From IMG/VR virus record IMGVR_UViG_2693429820_000003: a DNA stretch of 64,000 bases. One strand, given 5' to 3'. Source of the DNA: a virus. Lineage: Duplodnaviria; Caudoviricetes. Positions 1 to 7,333 of the stretch are shown here, piece by piece (position 1 is the first letter of the stretch; each line of letters begins with the position of its first letter). The notes below the pieces were generated by a model. That model saw only the letters and a program-made list of their open reading frames with translations, had not been told where the DNA came from and ran no database searches. A program made the translations under genes and the position numbers.

Positions 1-375
1 GCCGCTCTGCTGCTCAGCCCAGTTCTTAGGCAGACCATGCTCGAGCAGCCAGTAGATGCGCTTGGCAGCTCCCTGTGGAGTATTGTCTAGGTAACTCCAC
101 CCTGGTCCGAAGGCCCAGTCCCACTCGTCCGAGTAGTGGGCGAGGTCGAACTGATTGCGTGAATAGCTCTGCCACGAGTAGCAATCCGCGCTGGGCTCAA
201 TACCCGCTGCGGGGCCATGACCAAGAGCACACGCAATTGCGCCGCAATCGTGCTTCGCCGGGCTGTATTCGTGATCCCGGTAAGCGCTAACGCAGTACCA
301 TTTCATGTCAAACTCGTACTCCACACGGCCGGTGATGAGATAGTCTGCGAGTTTTCTGAGGTTGTCTCTATTCAT
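1..375 (-). CDS. Hypothetical protein, family B paralog 2 (3' end runs off the window)
   Basis: Not in the ORF track; read by hand from ATG 375: MNRDNLRKLADYL...CGAIACALGHGPAAGIEP...DNTPQGAAKRIYWLLEHGLPKNW, clearly homologous to 368-763. Confidence 0.85.
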   Translation of the reverse strand, partial: MNRDNLRKLADYLITGRVEYEFDMKWYCVSAYRDHEYSPAKHDCGAIACALGHGPAAGIEPSADCYSWQSYSRNQFDLAHYSDEWDWAFGPGWSYLDNTPQGAAKRIYWLLEHGLPKNWAEQQSG

Positions 376-763
376 AGCAGAGAGGCTCCGTACGCATCAT
401 CTGTTTGTGCCAGTTCGACGGTAGTCCCTCGTCGAGGAGCCAATAGATGCGCCTCGCGGCCCCCTCCGGCGTGTTATCCGATCTTTCCCAGCTACCGGAG
501 AAGAGCCACATACCCTCGTCGCTGAATAACGAGAGGCCGAAATGGCGTCTCACATAGGTCGTCCAGGACTCATCCTTCTTGATAGGTTCGATCCCGGCGG
601 CGGGTCCATGCCCAGCTGCGCAGGCGACGGTACCGCACTCATGGACCAACGGGGCGAGATCATCGCCGTACTCGTCGCGGCAGAAGGACCCCATATCGAA
701 ACGGCACGCGGTGGTGCCCGTTGCGAGGTAGTCGGCCAGCTTCTTGAGGTTTTCACGATGCAT
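368..763 (-). CDS. Hypothetical protein, family B paralog 1
   Basis: MHRENLKKLADYL...CGTVACAAGHGPAAGIEP...DNTPEGAARRIYWLLDEGLPSNW; ATG 763 overlaps the end of the upstream gene. Confidence 0.85.
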   Translation of the reverse strand: MHRENLKKLADYLATGTTACRFDMGSFCRDEYGDDLAPLVHECGTVACAAGHGPAAGIEPIKKDESWTTYVRRHFGLSLFSDEGMWLFSGSWERSDNTPEGAARRIYWLLDEGLPSNWHKQMMRTEPLCYE

Positions 764-1106
764 TGGCGATAGCCTTATCCAAGAGTGCGAGTACTTCCCC
801 GTGTTTACGGTTGTCTGCATCGTTGAACGCGATGACGATATCCGCTGCCACACCGTTGTTGTGGAGGTCTTTGGCCTCGGGTTCGATCAGCTTTGCGAGC
901 GTCGACACCACTGCTGCCCGTGACCAGTGCGGTAGTTCGACCGCTCGGAGGGCGCCGAAGAGACACCAGCAGACCGCAGCTCCGCTCTCCGGAAGGAGCC
1001 CTGACATTCCGTCAGCGTTACGGGCGAGGCTATGTTGCGTCCACCGATCCGGGGTCGCCAGGTGGTTGCGGACAGCTTTGAGATTTTCAAGAAGCTGATT
1101 TGACAT
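753..1106 (-). CDS. DUF6197-like array paralog A9
   Basis: Motifs PDRWTQ, AVCWCLFGA, FNDADNRKHGEVLALLDKAIA. Confidence 0.85.
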   Translation of the reverse strand: MSNQLLENLKAVRNHLATPDRWTQHSLARNADGMSGLLPESGAAVCWCLFGALRAVELPHWSRAAVVSTLAKLIEPEAKDLHNNGVAADIVIAFNDADNRKHGEVLALLDKAIANAS

Positions 1107-1464
1107 TGGCGATGGCCTCATCGAGTACGTTCAGGACGTCGTCGTGAGTGGTTCTCCGGTCGTCATTGAAGGTCGGGATGTCGCTGTGCGTGCGGGTCAC
1201 GACGATCTGGATCGCGCCCTCCAACGCTTTCCAGCGAGGGTTTTTCTCGCTGGTGTCGTATGTCAGTTCATCGAGTTGGTTGGGAAACTCACCCTCGGCC
1301 ACCACCTTATTCATGGCACCGAGCATGCAGTAGCAGGTGGCATACGTCGACCAGGGCTCAATCTGGGATTGCTCCTCGTCCATAGCATAGTAGTCCCGTG
1401 TCCACTTCGCGGGCGGCGTCAGCAGGGTGCGGACAGCCTTCAGATCTTCAAGAAGCTGTGACAT
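1087..1464 (-). CDS. DUF6197-like array paralog A8
   Basis: PAKWTR, ATCYCMLGA, FNDDRRTTHDDVLNVLDEAIA. Confidence 0.85.
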   Translation of the reverse strand: MSQLLEDLKAVRTLLTPPAKWTRDYYAMDEEQSQIEPWSTYATCYCMLGAMNKVVAEGEFPNQLDELTYDTSEKNPRWKALEGAIQIVVTRTHSDIPTFNDDRRTTHDDVLNVLDEAIANVKSAS

Positions 1465-1588
1465 GCTGAAACACCCTCTTCCCTGAGTTGCGATAGGTCT
1501 TGCCCTTGGCAAATGTGGGCTTGACCCGCGTGATGACAGACGTTTTCTTCGCGCGACGGAGGGCCGCGCGTTTGACTTGGCGTGACAT
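1448..1588 (-). CDS. Small very basic peptide (46 aa)
   Basis: Hand-read MSRQVKRAALRRAKKTSVITRVKPTFAKGKTYRNSGKRVFQHVTAS; fills the gap between array genes. Confidence 0.5.
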   Translation of the reverse strand: MSRQVKRAALRRAKKTSVITRVKPTFAKGKTYRNSGKRVFQHVTAS

Positions 1589-1601
1589 GTGGGAAGTCTC
1601 T

Positions 1602-1922
1602 CTACTTAGAAAACATGATGGCGAGGTCGATGACGCTCATGACGTCGCGATGCGTGGTGTTGGGGTGGTCATGCCAATGAAGAAGGCTATCGTGGCGCCA
1701 ATGGACGTGCCCCTGGAGAGCGTTCCATAACGCTCGCCCACGTGGTTTGTCCCCGTCGGCAATCGCGTGCACCGCAAGTGGTACGCAATACCTGCCGGCT
1801 TCGGTGCGATAGGAAAGCGGAATACCATTGATGTCGAAGTGGATCATGTTCTTGGTCCACTTTTCTGGCAAGTCGACGAGGCTGCGCAGGGTGTGGAGAT
1901 CAGCGAGGAGCTGACTATTCAC
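1602..1922 (-). CDS. DUF6197-like array paralog A7 (most divergent)
   Basis: PEKWTK, RYCVPLA, WHDHPNTTHRDVMSVIDLAI; GTG start overlapping the upstream stop. Confidence 0.8.
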   Translation of the reverse strand: MNSQLLADLHTLRSLVDLPEKWTKNMIHFDINGIPLSYRTEAGRYCVPLAVHAIADGDKPRGRALWNALQGHVHWRHDSLLHWHDHPNTTHRDVMSVIDLAIMFSK

Positions 1923-2196
1923 CCCTGCCAAAATAATCCTCGATCGCCTGCTGGACCTCAACATAGAACGGGCCGGTCCAGTCTTTCACCCACTGCGGCG
2001 CGTTCGGATGGTTTCGTAAGTCGTCAGTTGCATACTGGTCATCGACCAGTGCGAGGGCAGCATACTCCCCCATTGCAACAATCTGGTCAGTGACATCCCA
2101 GGTCGTAGGTCCATAGGGATCGACTTCGACCGCGTAGTCGCGTACCCACGCCTGGGGGACGAAACGGGCGACGATGCGGTGGGTATCCTCAGGCAT
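1915..2196 (-). CDS. Hypothetical protein inserted in the array
   Basis: MPEDTHRIVARFVPQAWVRDYAVEVD...WVKDWTGPFYVEV; ATGCCTGA coupling with the upstream gene. Confidence 0.75.
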   Translation of the reverse strand: MPEDTHRIVARFVPQAWVRDYAVEVDPYGPTTWDVTDQIVAMGEYAALALVDDQYATDDLRNHPNAPQWVKDWTGPFYVEVQQAIEDYFGRGE

Positions 2197-2494
2197 TGGC
2201 GATGGCCTTATCCAAGAGTGCAAGCACGTCGGAGTGCCTGGTGTTGGGGTGGTCGTTGAAATTAGCAATGCTCCGACCGTCCCCGATGGCGTGGTAGAGG
2301 GCAGAATTGACCTCATTTTCCCGATCGAAGGGCAGAAGCTTTCGGCCAGCACCGACGAGACACCAGCACGTTGCGCTCTCATTCTGAGGGTGGACATGAA
2401 GGCGATGCTTGTTCATCGCCAACCAACCCTGCGTCCACCGGTTCGGGTCCGAGAGCAGGTCGCGGACAGCGGTGAGGTCCTGTTTGAGGGTCAT
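2189..2494 (-). CDS. DUF6197-like array paralog A6
   Basis: PNRWTQG, ATCWCLVGA, FNDHPNTRHSDVLALLDKAIA. Confidence 0.87.
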   Translation of the reverse strand: MTLKQDLTAVRDLLSDPNRWTQGWLAMNKHRLHVHPQNESATCWCLVGAGRKLLPFDRENEVNSALYHAIGDGRSIANFNDHPNTRHSDVLALLDKAIANA

Positions 2495-2811
2495 GGGTTG
2501 GCCTCGATCACTTTATCAAGGAAGGCCATGACACCCGGGTGAGTACCGTTGTCGTTAAGGGTGAGGTACGAACCTGGTTCTGTGGCAGCCGCCGTAAGAG
2601 CCTTGTCCACGGCGTGGAAGCGGGACCAGTGTTGTCTGGCGTGGAGCTTGGCGTTCGCTCCGTTCAGGCACCAACACGTAGCTGCGGGATGGTTAAATGT
2701 TACGCCACAACCCTCGTGGTCGCGAGCATTCTCGCCCTTGGTCCATTTGGCGGGATCGGAGAGGAGTGTGCGGATTGCTCGGAGGTCAGTGTTGAGTTGG
2801 GATGCGGACAT
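2491..2811 (-). CDS. DUF6197-like array paralog A5
   Basis: PAKWTKG, ATCWCLNGA, LNDNGTHPGVMAFLDKVI; RBS AAGGAG. Confidence 0.87.
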   Translation of the reverse strand: MSASQLNTDLRAIRTLLSDPAKWTKGENARDHEGCGVTFNHPAATCWCLNGANAKLHARQHWSRFHAVDKALTAAATEPGSYLTLNDNGTHPGVMAFLDKVIEANP

Positions 2812-2862
2812 GCGTTATCGCTCCTTCCCTGGGCGGGAGAACGGACGTGATTGTGGGTGGTG

Positions 2863-3183
2863 CTAGGGCGCGGCGGCTATCGCTTGGTCGAGCAGGTTCA
2901 GGACGTCGTCGTGCCTGGTCGAACCGTTGTCGTTGAAGGTAATGAAGCCCGTCCGCCCTGGTACCGCTGCATTCAACGCGCTATCAAGAGCATCGTACCG
3001 TCTGGTGTAGCGGGCATCCGTGATCTTAATCATTGCACCATTCAGGCACCAACAGGTGGCGTTGTCGTCATCGGGGAGTGCCTGCCGACCGAGTGCGTCA
3101 CGGGCATTGAAGTTTTTCGTCCATCTGTCAGGCGTATCGAGGAGCTGGCGGATAGCCTGAAGATCAGCCTTGAGCTGAGACAT
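2863..3183 (-). CDS. DUF6197-like array paralog A4
   Basis: PDRWTK, ATCWCLNGA, FNDNGSTRHDDVLNLLDQAIA. Confidence 0.87.
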   Translation of the reverse strand: MSQLKADLQAIRQLLDTPDRWTKNFNARDALGRQALPDDDNATCWCLNGAMIKITDARYTRRYDALDSALNAAVPGRTGFITFNDNGSTRHDDVLNLLDQAIAAAP

Positions 3184-3484
3184 GTGCGATGGTCCTGTCC
3201 AAGAGGTTGAGGACGTCGTGGTGATTTGTGTTGGGGTCGTCGTTGAAGTCAGCGATGCTCTTGTCATAGGTGGGGATATGAAACCGCACAGCGTTCTTCA
3301 CATCGCGTTGTTCTTCAGGAGATGCAACGGAGTTGATCGCGCCCAACATGCAGTAGCAGGCGGCATTGCTGCTTTCGGCAAACGTAGGGTTTCCGCTCTC
3401 ATCTTTAGCAAGATACCCCTTCGTCCACTTCGTCGGGTCCGCGAGGAGTGCGCGGACCTTGGTGAGGTTCTCGAGCAGGGTCAT
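3164..3484 (-). CDS. DUF6197-like array paralog A3
   Basis: PTKWTKG, AACYCMLGA, FNDDPNTNHHDVLNLLDRTIA. Confidence 0.87.
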   Translation of the reverse strand: MTLLENLTKVRALLADPTKWTKGYLAKDESGNPTFAESSNAACYCMLGAINSVASPEEQRDVKNAVRFHIPTYDKSIADFNDDPNTNHHDVLNLLDRTIAHVSAQG

Positions 3485-3816
3485 TGGGCTGCCTCGATTG
3501 CTTTGTTGAGCAATGACATGACGTCATCGTGGGTGGTGTTCGGGTCGTCGTTGAAGCCGACATAACCCCCATGGTTCGTAGGCACCGACCGGGTCAGGAT
3601 GACTCTGATTGCCGCGTAACGGCCCTCATCATCATCATCTAACAGACCTACCTTGGCCGCAGCCCCATCCAGGCACCAGCACACTGCCGTGGGGTGATCC
3701 GAAGTGCAGATGTCGCCATCGCGATCCCTCGCAAAGGCATCCTGTGTCCACGCTGAGGGCGTGGACAGCAGGTCTCGCATGGCGATGAGGTCAGTTTTGA
3801 GTTGGGACTGGGACAT
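3481..3816 (-). CDS. DUF6197-like array paralog A2
   Basis: PSAWTQ, AVCWCLDGA, FNDDPNTTHDDVMSLLNKAI. Confidence 0.87.
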   Translation of the reverse strand: MSQSQLKTDLIAMRDLLSTPSAWTQDAFARDRDGDICTSDHPTAVCWCLDGAAAKVGLLDDDDEGRYAAIRVILTRSVPTNHGGYVGFNDDPNTTHDDVMSLLNKAIEAAQ

Positions 3817-4177
3817 TGTCGAGCACCTGAGGGTTGAGGCCGTACTGGGCTGCGATGTTGCGCATTTCCTGGAGCCACGCGGTGAGCGGGCCACCTTTTG
3901 TTTCGGGCATATGGTTGTCGTGCGCGTCTTGGATCGCGGCGAGAAACTCCACGTGGTTGTTGAAACGGACCAGCTCGAAGGCCGGGATCGCGCTCCAAGC
4001 GCTGTGTCCTTCCATCTCCCTCACGTACTCGTCGTCAGTTATGAGGATGCCGAGCGCACACTTGGTACCGTTGGGGCCGCGATATCGACAATCGTTGTTG
4101 TGATTGATTGACCGAACACCCTGAGCGACGAGACCCGTGGCCACAGTGTCGAAGATTTCCTGCTTGGTGAGAGACAT
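3791..4177 (-). CDS. Phage hypothetical protein (CxYR...KCALG motif)
   Basis: RBS AAGGAGG; MSLTKQEIFDTVATGLVAQG...CRYRGPNGTKCALG...IQDAHD. Confidence 0.8.
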   Translation of the reverse strand: MSLTKQEIFDTVATGLVAQGVRSINHNNDCRYRGPNGTKCALGILITDDEYVREMEGHSAWSAIPAFELVRFNNHVEFLAAIQDAHDNHMPETKGGPLTAWLQEMRNIAAQYGLNPQVLDNVPVPTQN

Positions 4178-4235
4178 GCGTCCTCCTTCACGCTGTGGTT
4201 CAGCGTGTTGTAGTGGGCTTGGGTTGTGGGAATGG

Positions 4236-4436
4236 TTAGGGAAGGTGGCGCATCACCAGCCAGTAGAGACTGTTGTAGTCATCACCTGTTGGTGCTTGCT
4301 CCATGTTATTCAGGCGGGTGTCGTACACCGCGACACGGGTCCGAATGTCTTGCATGGTTTGGTGCAGTTTAAGGTACTGACGCGCGATATAACCCGCGAG
4401 CAGTACCCCTGGGAGAAGGCCGAGAAGGAACCCCAT
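4236..4436 (-). CDS. Small membrane-anchored protein
   Basis: N-terminal hydrophobic helix GFLLGLLPGVLLAGYIA; TGATG coupling. Confidence 0.7.
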   Translation of the reverse strand: MGFLLGLLPGVLLAGYIARQYLKLHQTMQDIRTRVAVYDTRLNNMEQAPTGDDYNSLYWLVMRHLP

Positions 4437-4738
4437 CAGGGTGTGGCCGCGATGGTGCGGTCGATCAGGTCAAGGACCATGGGGTGAGTGGTGTTGGGGT
4501 CGTCGTTGAAGACGGAAATCCTATGGTCACCGAGTTGTGCTCTCAGTGCGAGAACGCATGCAGTGTATGCAGGCCCGTCGGGGTTTGTGCGGCCAATTGC
4601 ACCATACAGGCACCAGGACTTCGCCAGGGTGGGATCATAGGTTTGATTACCATCGATATCCCGTGCACCTGCGTTCTGGGTCCAGTTCTCTGGAGGCGTC
4701 AGGAGAGTGCGGACAGCCTGAAGGTGAGCTTTGAGCAT
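4436..4738 (-). CDS. DUF6197-like array paralog A1
   Basis: PENWTQ, AKSWCLYGA, FNDDPNTTHPMVLDLIDRTIA. Confidence 0.87.
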   Translation of the reverse strand: MLKAHLQAVRTLLTPPENWTQNAGARDIDGNQTYDPTLAKSWCLYGAIGRTNPDGPAYTACVLALRAQLGDHRISVFNDDPNTTHPMVLDLIDRTIAATP

Positions 4739-4793
4739 GACGGTGCATTCCCTAGGTGAGAGGGTTGTGGTGGGTGTGAAATGTGGGAGTGAG

Positions 4794-5303
4794 TTAGTAG
4801 GCTTCGGTGGCCACGTACTGTCGCTGCTGCGCAGGTGGGAGACCCTTACGGTTCCTAGCCTGCTCACGAAGCTCACGTGCTAACCGTCGAGATTCAGGCT
4901 CTCTAGGGTGTTCACCTCTCATTACCTCAATGAAGTGCAGAGGGTTGATGCATAGCGAATTGGTGCACTCACCGTTGGTCTGCAGTGGGAGCAGACTCTC
5001 AACCGGTATGCCGTTGTGACGCGCGAATAGCTCGCGTCTGGGGTTCACCCTCTTTCGGTTGAGGGTAGCAACAGGTCGAAGGCTCTCACGTTTGGCACGA
5101 GGGGCCCTGATCGGCTGGTCAGGTCTACCACCGTTGTACGGGGTGTATTTGTAGACTTTGTCAGGGTTGGTTGTGGCACCAGTCCAGACCCAGCAGCGGG
5201 TTTTAGGTGGGTTGTTCGGGTACCCCGTAGGGGTTTTGATGTGCTTACGCCAGAGGTGCAGTTTGATCGCCATGGGCATTATTTCACTAGTTGACTGAAA
5301 CAA
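4794..5303 (-). CDS. HNH/His-Cys box homing-endonuclease-like protein, possibly degenerate
   Basis: CWVWTGA and CTNSLCINPLH motifs typical of phage HNH zinc-binding loop nucleases; start uncertain. Confidence 0.6.
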   Translation of the reverse strand: MFQSTSEIMPMAIKLHLWRKHIKTPTGYPNNPPKTRCWVWTGATTNPDKVYKYTPYNGGRPDQPIRAPRAKRESLRPVATLNRKRVNPRRELFARHNGIPVESLLPLQTNGECTNSLCINPLHFIEVMRGEHPREPESRRLARELREQARNRKGLPPAQQRQYVATEAY

Positions 5304-5329
5304 TTACAAAAATTGAAAAACTCTTGTTC

Positions 5330-5560
5330 CACTCACTGTCCTGAAGGCTATTCAATTCTCTAACCTACTCCTATGGACTCCTTTTGGACTGGCGGACTCT
5401 TTGGGGAATGTAGTGGGATAACTGATTTAGAAATATCCTATTAATATCAATAAGATAAAATAATAATAAAGTAATAAACAGAATATATAAACAGTGGGGG
5501 CTTAAAAAGAAAAAAGAAAGTAATAGGGATATAAGGGTTTTACTGCCCCGCAAAAAATCT
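5330..5560. other. AT-rich, strand-asymmetric (A-rich on +) non-coding tract
   Basis: gaaatatcctattaatatcaataagataaaataataataaagtaataaacagaatatataa in an otherwise GC-rich genome. Confidence 0.8.
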
Positions 5561-5746
5561 CTACCTGCCGATGGCTTTCCGGGCGGTGCTGGCGATATCG
5601 GTTTCCAGCTGATGTAAAGTAAAATAGTGATCAAAGCTCAGAGCTGGCAGTTTCACGCGAGCTTCTCCGTTGCTCAGCGTGTAGGTGCCATCAGGGTGGC
5701 GAGTGAGCACAATGACGCGATCCTGGTAGATCACCTTGTCGTCCAT
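5561..5746 (-). CDS. Small hypothetical early protein (61 aa)
   Basis: GGAGG RBS then MDDKVIYQDRVIVLTRHPDGTYTLSNG; preceded by the conserved hairpin. Confidence 0.7.
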   Translation of the reverse strand: MDDKVIYQDRVIVLTRHPDGTYTLSNGEARVKLPALSFDHYFTLHQLETDIASTARKAIGR

Positions 5747-5758
5747 GAAAGCCTCCGT

Positions 5759-5774
5759 TTTCCCGTTCGGGAAA
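5759..5774 (-). promoter_or_regulatory. Palindrome/hairpin TTTCCCGAACGGGAAA, copy 1
   Basis: Identical 14-bp core also at 6362 and 7335, each directly 5' of an RBS. Confidence 0.75.
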
Positions 5775-5851
5775 CTGAAATCCGCGCAAGCGGAAACGTC
5801 CAGGCTGGAGATCCAACCCGGAGTAAAGCCCGCGCGCGAGATTTGAAAAGA

Positions 5852-5868
5852 TGTTGATATTATCAACA
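5852..5868. promoter_or_regulatory. Operator-like palindrome TGTTGATA-T-TATCAACA
   Basis: Perfect 8-bp inverted repeat with 1-bp spacer in an AT-rich patch upstream of 5746. Confidence 0.5.
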
Positions 5869-6001
5869 CCGATTTTGTTTGCTGCGCCCGCCAAGCGGGA
5901 GACAATTCTCTCCCGAACCTCGCCCCGACCCCGGCCCACAAAAACGAACAACTGTTACGCATCCGAAATGATATTCACCGCCGGCCACGGTCACGGCCCC
6001 G

Positions 6002-6343
6002 TCAGCGACGTCCGCACACATGGCCCCGAGCTGGCACCCAAGCCCGCGTCTTAGGCGGAATGCGGACCGTGCGCGCGCGCTGGCTGTGAGACGCTTCCCC
6101 AAGCCCTTGCGTGGTGAATACGTTTCGGCCGCCATGCTCGTCCAGGAGGTGAGCTTGCGCCTGCGCCAGGTCCGCGTCGGCCAAATCGGCTTCCCGCGCG
6201 ATCTCTTGAGCCCGTCCCAGGATCGCAGCCCGCCGCGATACCTCGCGGTGACTCAGAATGGGCCGCTGAGCCGGCTCCGCCCAGTCCGCGCTACCTGTGG
6301 GGCGCAAAACCCGTTTGCCCGTCAGTGAGTCAATGTGAGTCAT
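6002..6343 (-). CDS. Hypothetical early protein
   Basis: ATG preceded by GGGGGG RBS-like run and the conserved hairpin. Confidence 0.6.
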   Translation of the reverse strand: MTHIDSLTGKRVLRPTGSADWAEPAQRPILSHREVSRRAAILGRAQEIAREADLADADLAQAQAHLLDEHGGRNVFTTQGLGEASHSQRARTVRIPPKTRAWVPARGHVCGRR

Positions 6344-6361
6344 TGTGAGGCCCCCCGTGTT

Positions 6362-6375
6362 TTCCCGTTCGGGAA
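6362..6375 (-). promoter_or_regulatory. Palindrome/hairpin TTCCCGAACGGGAA, copy 2
   Basis: Exact repeat of the core at 5760 and 7335. Confidence 0.75.
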
Positions 6376-6376
6376 T

Positions 6377-6493
6377 TCAAAATCGGCGCATGCGTCGCCA
6401 GTTCAGATACGACTGAACCAAGAACGCTATGGCCAAGCCCACAATCGCGGTTAGGGCGGGCGTATAAATCGTAATCAACGCATCGCTATCCAC
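6377..6493 (-). CDS. Small single-pass membrane protein (38 aa)
   Basis: Hand-read: GGAGG RBS, GTG start, DSDALITIYTPALTAIVGLAIAFLVQSYLNWRRMRRF (hydrophobic helix, basic tail). Confidence 0.6.
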   Translation of the reverse strand: MDSDALITIYTPALTAIVGLAIAFLVQSYLNWRRMRRF

Positions 6494-6511
6494 GTGCGCC
6501 TCCGTTGGTGT

Positions 6512-6538
6512 CGGTCCCGCCTCGCACAGGCGGGACCG
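6512..6538. other. GC-rich hairpin without U-tract (processing/stability element?)
   Basis: CGGTCCCGCCT-cgcac-AGGCGGGACCG, 11-bp perfect stem after the stop of 6551-7318. Confidence 0.55.
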
Positions 6539-6550
6539 TCCGGGGGAAGG

Positions 6551-7318
6551 TTAGGCCGCTTGGGCCTGTTCAGTTGAGGACAGGGCGAAGAGGCGCGCAT
6601 TGGCTGCCTTGATGACGTTGGTAACGTCGTCGACGTCCATTTCACCAATGAAGCTGATCAGATCAGCAACCGTAATGCGCAGTGTCATCTGTTCAGCGTC
6701 GGGATTGTCGCTAATGACGTTCTCCGCCATGGGAATGCCCGCCGCCTGCGCCGTGGCGGCGGCCTGCGCTGGCGTTGCGGTGGCTGCATCGCGCAGTTCC
6801 TGCAATTGTTGTTCAAGCTTGGCCAGCTTGTCGGCTGCCACCTGTTCAGCGGCGGCCTTGGCCTTGGCGGCCCTGTCATCCGTGCGCAGTTCCTCGCGCA
6901 TTTCCTGAGTAAGCGCCACGCCAACCTTGGCGAAGCGATTGGCATCGGCCAACCCCTCGACATTCATGTCAGCCAGAAAGCCCGTGATCGCTGTTTCCTT
7001 AGCGTCCTCGCTGTTGGCTTGCTGGAATTCCTTGACGCGCACATGCTCGAAATATTTCTCCCGCATCGTGGCCAGCACGCGGGTTGCGCAATCGACGCGA
7101 TTGTAAGCCGTCGTCTTGGCCATTTCCGCATTCAAGAGCGCCGCAACAATGCGGCTCTTGGCGTCCTTCACTACATTGGCGTGCACCTTGACGTGGCCAA
7201 TATGGAAGTTTGTCTTGACGGCCAGGCACGTGACGATGGCCGCCAGATTGGCATGCTCTGCGCTGTTAACTTCGATGGCCGTTTCAGAAACCCGATTGAT
7301 GTAATGTTGAATGCTCAT
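6551..7318 (-). CDS. Hypothetical alanine-rich, partly coiled-coil early protein
   Basis: 255 aa ORF, AGGAG RBS, C-terminus ...TEQAQAA. Confidence 0.85.
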   Translation of the reverse strand: MSIQHYINRVSETAIEVNSAEHANLAAIVTCLAVKTNFHIGHVKVHANVVKDAKSRIVAALLNAEMAKTTAYNRVDCATRVLATMREKYFEHVRVKEFQQANSEDAKETAITGFLADMNVEGLADANRFAKVGVALTQEMREELRTDDRAAKAKAAAEQVAADKLAKLEQQLQELRDAATATPAQAAATAQAAGIPMAENVISDNPDAEQMTLRITVADLISFIGEMDVDDVTNVIKAANARLFALSSTEQAQAA

Positions 7319-7333
7319 TTTCGTTTACTCCTA

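Noticed and set aside
753-4738. CRISPR array or diversity-generating retroelement as the source of the repeats
   Set aside because: Repeats are coding, degenerate and irregularly spaced; no cas or reverse transcriptase gene; differences are not adenine-specific
5371-5634. 87-aa hydrophobic ORF on the minus strand
   Set aside because: Low-complexity translation of the AT-rich tract, no RBS, overlaps the better supported 5561-5746 gene
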